Positions 58,872-64,000 of a stretch of DNA of 64,000 bases are shown here, one piece after another. A program made the translations under genes and the position numbers. The notes below the pieces were generated by a model, which was not told the origin of the DNA, did not search any database, and saw only the letters and a list, made by a program, of their open reading frames with translations. Numbering within the stretch: position 1 is the first letter of the stretch; every line of letters begins with the position of its first letter. Location: NCBI GenBank assembly GCA_964621445.1, contig CAZUNO010000003.1, forward strand, positions 32,001 through 96,000, read 5' to 3'. The DNA comes from Candidatus Hadarchaeota archaeon (GTDB taxonomy: Archaea > CAYQAE01 > CAYVLA01).

Positions 58872-59426
58872 TCAGGCTTTTTTCTCCCATCTTCTGGTCA
58901 GGAATAGGGAAAAATTGTTTGCCAGAATGTGGAAAGTAATGGGAAATACGATATTCGGCATCATATACTTGAAAAGAAATCCCAGAATTATGCCTATGGC
59001 AAAGGCGTATGCAACCTCCACCAGGGACTCGTATCCTATGTAATGCATCACCCCAAATATTACCGCTGATGGTATAACCCCGACGACGCTAAGGAGAAAC
59101 CCCCGGAAAAAGAGTTCCTCCCCAGTTGCCACAGCTACATTCAGGGCCAAAATATCCCTAGGCTCCAACCTGTTGGCCAGGATCTCCTCCAACCTGTTTC
59201 CATATCCCAGATACCTGGGAAGATAAAGAAATGGGATAATGAAGATAAAAAGAACGGTACCGTACAGAATCGCTATCTCCCAATTCTGGGTAGTGATTCC
59301 CATTGAGGAGGGGTTTCCAGTAAGAACCAGGTAACCCAAGGTTATGCCCGTGAACACCAAGGATTGAACTAGGGTCAGCCTAATGATGTCCTCTCTTTCT
59401 ATGTGTAAATACTCCTCCTCTGGCAT
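58872..59426 (-). CDS. CPBP intramembrane metalloprotease
   Basis: GEELFFRG, FGVMH, FHILAN. Confidence 0.85.
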   Translation of the reverse strand: MPEEEYLHIEREDIIRLTLVQSLVFTGITLGYLVLTGNPSSMGITTQNWEIAILYGTVLFIFIIPFLYLPRYLGYGNRLEEILANRLEPRDILALNVAVATGEELFFRGFLLSVVGVIPSAVIFGVMHYIGYESLVEVAYAFAIGIILGFLFKYMMPNIVFPITFHILANNFSLFLTRRWEKKA

Positions 59427-59441
59427 TTGTCAACACTTTTG

Positions 59442-60254
59442 CTATTTTCCGGTTATTCCTCTGATGTAATCCAGGTCATCCCTGGTTCGGGATATTATGT
59501 CCCCAGCTTTTAAGTCGCCGTACTCGCTGTGAAGAGAAATAGGGCCAGAGAAGGCCATGGCTTCCAGGTTCTTGAAAACCTCGGGCCAGGGCACCATGCC
59601 CTGGCTCAAGGGAACATGCCTTACATTCCAGGTTTTTGGTTTCCGGGGACCCCTTTCCCAGATGAAGTCCTTAACGGCAACCATCTTGGTTCTCTCAGAG
59701 AGGAGGTCCATGGATAATTTCCAGCCCGATCGACCTCCCTCCACTACCATGTGCCCCGGATCGATATATGCTCCAATATATTCCGGATCGAGATCCTTGA
59801 GTAGATTGTAAACCAGGCACCCGGTTCCCGAAACGTAATCGCCTGCATGTATGTGGAGTCCTGCCGCCACGCCGTGCTCTTCCGCCAGAGCCTGGATTTC
59901 GGATAAATCTTTTTTTACCACCTTCAGCTGATGTAATAGCTTTCCAAACCCCTCGTACTTCCAGTAGCCCAGCTTCAAATAATCAACCCCGCATCTACCG
60001 GCCGCTTCGAAAATCTGACCTGAAAGGGGGTCAGATGCATCGGTGATCGAGGTGGTGATCATGGGTACCTTTAGGCCGTGGGATTCAAGGATATCCACCG
60101 CTTGCGGGAGAGTTGAAATTGCATCCTGTGGCCGTATATGTCCACCAGGCCTTACGGTTAGGTCAACTCCATCCATTCCCAAGGCAGATACCTCTTTGCC
60201 TAAACGGTCGATTGAGAATGACCCGAGCTTCTTGCTAAACATCACTAGATCCAT
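59442..60254 (-). CDS. Sugar phosphate isomerase/epimerase TIM barrel
   Basis: DGVDLTVRPGGH, DPGHMVVEGG, VKDF.W, GMVPW, SLHSEY. Confidence 0.85.
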   Translation of the reverse strand: MDLVMFSKKLGSFSIDRLGKEVSALGMDGVDLTVRPGGHIRPQDAISTLPQAVDILESHGLKVPMITTSITDASDPLSGQIFEAAGRCGVDYLKLGYWKYEGFGKLLHQLKVVKKDLSEIQALAEEHGVAAGLHIHAGDYVSGTGCLVYNLLKDLDPEYIGAYIDPGHMVVEGGRSGWKLSMDLLSERTKMVAVKDFIWERGPRKPKTWNVRHVPLSQGMVPWPEVFKNLEAMAFSGPISLHSEYGDLKAGDIISRTRDDLDYIRGITGK

Positions 60255-60387
60255 CTAAAGCCTCCTCAGGAGCTCTACTGGGGTAAGATAATGCTTTTTC
60301 CCTTTTCTGATCGGCAAAAGAAAGATAACTCCTCCGCAAATACATTTTTAAGGTATTTGGAAGGCTTCTTGTAGAGGTGTACCTTTA

Positions 60388-60495
60388 ATGCTCCAAGTTT
60401 TCGGCAACGTAGGGGTCGTGCTGGCCCTCATATCCGGCGGGATCGCAATCCTCAGCTTGGTGTTGATTCTCTACTTCGCCAAGTTTGTACCCTGA
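60388..60495 (+). CDS. 35-aa single-TM small protein (below ORF-track cutoff)
   Basis: MLQVFGNVGVVLALISGGIAILSLVLILYFAKFVP; GAGGTG RBS at 60374-60379 and TTTTTAAG box at about 60346-60353. Confidence 0.7.
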   Translation: MLQVFGNVGVVLALISGGIAILSLVLILYFAKFVP

Positions 60496-60628
60496 TTCCG
60501 AGAGCTGGAACACCTCGCCAAAACGAGGATCCCCAACCGGTGCTATTTTAGGTACCTCGTAGTTCCCTATCCGATCGCGGGCAACCTCTTCTCTCTATCA
60601 ATTCGGGCCATTGCCATGGAGTATTTTC

Positions 60629-62386
60629 ATGAATAAATCTCCCAAAGGACCCTGTCTTAGCCTTTCGAGTTATATCACGGCTCAAGCCGTTTCCAAGCAC
60701 TTTTCGTCGCCCCCAGGTAGTGCTGATTCAATAGATCTATTGCAAAATTTGGGTATAACCCGGGCCTATGTCGAGTTTTACCGGGGAGGAATAACGATAC
60801 CGGAGGAACTCCTCAGGTCAACAAAATCTGCTCTTGAAGAGGCGGGAATACAAACCTCCGGGGGTATTGCCACCACTCATGGGAAGGGAGAGACCGAGGG
60901 ATCGACCGGAGCGAGCTTCTGGCTGTGCTTCACCTCCCGGAAGACCTCCAGATGTCTGGAGCAAGCGATTCGTATTGGGGCTAGGGTATTTGATCGTATA
61001 ATCGTCGACGACTTCCTATGCACCGATTGTACCTGTAGCAGGTGTAGATCAAGGAAAGGTAAGAGGGAATGGTCAGGTTTTCGACGATCCCTCCTTTCGT
61101 CCTTCGCGGAAGAGTACCTTATCGGGCCGGCCAAGGAGGAAAATCCAGAGGTTACGATGATCATAAAATACCCCCAGTGGTACGACCGATTCCATGTGTA
61201 TGGATATGACGTGGAGAGGGGGAGTGAAATTTTTGACGGGGTTTGGGTCGGAACGGAGATTAGGGACCCGAGGGTTGATTTCGTACACCAATACCAGGCG
61301 TTTTCCAACTATAGATACATTACATCGGTTGCTGGTGAAAAGGTGGGAGGAGCTTGGTTTGACCATCTTTGGTGCTACCCGGAGATATACCTTGAGCAGG
61401 CCTTTCAGAGCGTGCTAGCAGGGTCAAAAGAACTCGTGCTTTTCTCTTTCAGCCCACGAAGATACGACCTCCAAAATCCCAATACCAATACTCTGATTGA
61501 CAGGCGTGAACTTCTAAACAGGTTATGCACCGAGATTTCCGGGCTAACCCATCTAGGAGTCGAGGCATATAAACCCCATAACAGCGACCCGGGTACTGAA
61601 AATTACATTTTCGACTACCTGGGTATGCTGGGGATACCCACACTAGTCACCTCCTGTCGACCCAAAACCAGGAGCCTCATTTTAACTACCCACTCGTTAA
61701 GCGATCCCGACATCGAAAACTTCCTCCTAGACCTGGACTCTGGTTCAACTGTACTGGCCACCAGTGGATTCCTGGAGGGCGTTAAGGATAATGGTATGAT
61801 TCGACGCGCCTTCGGCCTTTCGGATCCTCCGGTGACAAGAAAGAGATTCTTCCCCTACCGCTTTACAGTTTCGGGAAGCGAGGTATGTGCCGAGGAACGC
61901 GTTCTATTCCGGTCTTTACTAAATACCGACGGGGCCCAGGTCCTAGCGACTGCTCACTGGGATGAAGATCACCCAACTTTGTCCATGAACCAGGAGGACG
62001 ACATTACATATGTCGGTGCCTGTCTTGACACCTATAGCTCCCAACCCTTTCACCCCTCTCCCAGCGTGACAACCGCAGAGCCTGTATCCCTGGTCCATCT
62101 GCCCGCGCCTTATGCCAACGCCCTTAGAGCCCCTCTATTGGACCCCTTGGGAATACGATTCCATGCACCGCCAAAGGTTGGGCTTTATGCGTTTTCTAAT
62201 CCAGGAGAAAACGAAATTTCCAAGCTCGTACTGGAGAACTTCGGAGATCAGGAGACTACCACAATCCTTGAACTTCCCAAATACATGCAACCAGTCCTGG
62301 ACAGATGCATGTGGGAAAGGGAAGGTCGAAAGCTTGAGGTCAAACTCCCAAGACGGGACATTGAACTGATGTCTCGCCAACCATGA
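60629..62386 (+). CDS. Conserved hypothetical protein, possible glycoside-hydrolase-like TIM barrel
   Basis: SGGIATT, FDRIIVDDFLCTDCTCSRC, IIKYPQWYDRF..GYD, WVGTE.RDP. Confidence 0.55.
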   Translation: MNKSPKGPCLSLSSYITAQAVSKHFSSPPGSADSIDLLQNLGITRAYVEFYRGGITIPEELLRSTKSALEEAGIQTSGGIATTHGKGETEGSTGASFWLCFTSRKTSRCLEQAIRIGARVFDRIIVDDFLCTDCTCSRCRSRKGKREWSGFRRSLLSSFAEEYLIGPAKEENPEVTMIIKYPQWYDRFHVYGYDVERGSEIFDGVWVGTEIRDPRVDFVHQYQAFSNYRYITSVAGEKVGGAWFDHLWCYPEIYLEQAFQSVLAGSKELVLFSFSPRRYDLQNPNTNTLIDRRELLNRLCTEISGLTHLGVEAYKPHNSDPGTENYIFDYLGMLGIPTLVTSCRPKTRSLILTTHSLSDPDIENFLLDLDSGSTVLATSGFLEGVKDNGMIRRAFGLSDPPVTRKRFFPYRFTVSGSEVCAEERVLFRSLLNTDGAQVLATAHWDEDHPTLSMNQEDDITYVGACLDTYSSQPFHPSPSVTTAEPVSLVHLPAPYANALRAPLLDPLGIRFHAPPKVGLYAFSNPGENEISKLVLENFGDQETTTILELPKYMQPVLDRCMWEREGRKLEVKLPRRDIELMSRQP

Positions 62387-62399
62387 GGCCCTTATCTTG

Positions 62400-63875
62400 A
62401 TGGGTAGCAAATCGACTAGTAAACTTAATCTAACCAAGGGGCCGATACTTCGGCCCTTATTTACTCTATCACTTCCGATAATGATTACCTATGGAATGCA
62501 AACGGCCTATAATGTGGCCGACACCTTCTGGCTAGGGCGGATTGGGGCCGAAGCTGTTGCTGCGCTGTCCATTGCCTGGCCGTTGATCTTTTTGCTAATT
62601 TCAATCGCCGGGGGACTGGCAGTGGCGGGAACCACTCTCGTGGCCCAATACACGGGTGCGGAGGACCAGGAAAGCGCTGATTTCGTGGCCGGGCAGATCC
62701 TCTTCCTCTTGCTTGCGGTAGGAATTGCCTTCAGTGCAGCCGGTTTCCTATTGGCAGAGACCCTTATGGAACTGATCGGAGCTCCGCCGGAGGTCCTGCC
62801 CCTGGCAACAACATATGTGAAAATAATTTTTGGGGGTATCGTCCTCATGTTTGGTTTTTACATATTCCAGTCCATAATCAGCGGTTGGGGGGACACGGTA
62901 ACTCCCATGAAGATCATGGTATTGTCCGCTACTTTGAATATAGTGCTCGATCCACTTCTCATATTCGGGGTGGGCCCCTTTCCGAGGATGGAGGTTGCGG
63001 GTGCAGCTGTGGCCACGGTTTTCGCTAGGGGCATTGGATCTCTCATAGGTTTCTATCTCCTGTTCTCGGGAAAGAAAGGAATAACCCTTCGGCTGGAAAA
63101 TATGAAACCAGATATGGAGACCCTTTCTCGCATCATCAGGATAGGCATTCCATCCTCCATTGAACAGTCAACCATGGCCCTGGGATTCACGTTCATGATG
63201 AGCATAGTGGCCGGTTTCGGGACCTATACCCTCGCCGCTTTTGGCATCGGCAACAGGATATCATCGGTAATTTTCATGCCTATGATGGGCTTCGCCACGG
63301 CAATTACCATCATGGTTGGCCAAAATCTGGGAGGAGAAAAGACCAAACGCGCGGAAAGAATTGGCTGGCTTGGGGCTGGTGCTATATTCCTGGGGATGAC
63401 CGTGGGCGGAGCACTCTGTTTCATCTTTTCGCAGGGGCTTGTGGGCATCTTTATCACCCAGGAAGATGAGGCGGTGATAGAGTTGGGATCCCAGTTCATC
63501 CGGATAATTGCCTTCGGCCTGGGTTTTGTGGGCGTTCTCCGTGTCCTCAACGGGGCGTTCCGAGGAGCCGGAGACACCATAACTGCGATGATCCTATCAA
63601 TACTATCCTTATGGGTCATCCGGCTGCCACTAGCATACGTGCTAGGGCCCCAGATGGGAACTGATGGCCTCTGGTTAGCGGTATTGATAGGAAATGTGGG
63701 AGGAGGCCTGGCGGCGGTTATAGTTTTTTGGCTTGGAAGATGGAAAAGGAAGTCCATCTCCGAGAGAGGATGGACCAAAACCCCAGCTCAACCAAGTCCA
63801 AATATTGATCCCCCGGGTGATGATTGCAAAAGCAATAAAACAGGCCCCGGGGAACTACGAGGTAATGAAACCTAG
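62400..63875 (+). CDS. MATE family efflux transporter
   Basis: LTKGPI, YNVADTFWLGRIG, GDTVTPM, NIVLDPLLIFG, GAAVAT, VGQNLG. Confidence 0.92.
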   Translation: MGSKSTSKLNLTKGPILRPLFTLSLPIMITYGMQTAYNVADTFWLGRIGAEAVAALSIAWPLIFLLISIAGGLAVAGTTLVAQYTGAEDQESADFVAGQILFLLLAVGIAFSAAGFLLAETLMELIGAPPEVLPLATTYVKIIFGGIVLMFGFYIFQSIISGWGDTVTPMKIMVLSATLNIVLDPLLIFGVGPFPRMEVAGAAVATVFARGIGSLIGFYLLFSGKKGITLRLENMKPDMETLSRIIRIGIPSSIEQSTMALGFTFMMSIVAGFGTYTLAAFGIGNRISSVIFMPMMGFATAITIMVGQNLGGEKTKRAERIGWLGAGAIFLGMTVGGALCFIFSQGLVGIFITQEDEAVIELGSQFIRIIAFGLGFVGVLRVLNGAFRGAGDTITAMILSILSLWVIRLPLAYVLGPQMGTDGLWLAVLIGNVGGGLAAVIVFWLGRWKRKSISERGWTKTPAQPSPNIDPPGDDCKSNKTGPGELRGNET

Positions 63876-64000
63876 AATAGGATACTGGGCACCGCTAGAG
63901 GGGTTCAGAGATCCCGTCAAGCTACTCGAACTGGCCTCCATGGCCGAGGATGTTGGGTTCCAGATCACCGGTGTGAGTGACCATTTTCATCCCTGGACTC
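63865..64000 (+). CDS. LLM-class (probably F420-dependent) oxidoreductase, N-terminus; runs off window end
   Basis: MKPRIGYWAPLEGFRDPVKLLELASMAEDVGFQITGVSDHFHPWT; SDHFHPW motif of the Fgd/Adf-like family; GAGGT RBS. Confidence 0.8.
   Translation, partial: MKPRIGYWAPLEGFRDPVKLLELASMAEDVGFQITGVSDHFHPWT

Overview
Gene-dense archaeal chromosomal segment of moderately high GC with many TTG/GTG and apparently leaderless starts. It encodes a partial thermosome subunit, Hel308, Clp1, a beta-CASP nuclease, RNase HII, PurD/PurF, SerB, PorCDAB, a Zn-type ABC importer, a heterodimeric ABC exporter and many sugar-catabolism-type enzymes. It also holds a complete Ehb-type energy-converting [NiFe]-hydrogenase operon of 16 ORFs. 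The most striking element is a stand-alone 5S rRNA gene (minus strand, about 38456-38604). It is interrupted in loop C by a 24-nt insertion forming a canonical bulge-helix-bulge (BHB) splice motif whose removal restores the consensus loop exactly, and the whole 5S RNA is enclosed by a second BHB motif. Other notable items: two paralogous proteins built from four ~39-aa helical repeats behind AT-rich promoters, a sulfatase with Thr at the formylglycine position, a free-standing diverged ThrRS editing domain, and an unlisted 35-aa membrane ORF. No CRISPR array, tRNA, transposase or integrase was seen. All calls come from reading motifs by eye, without database searches.
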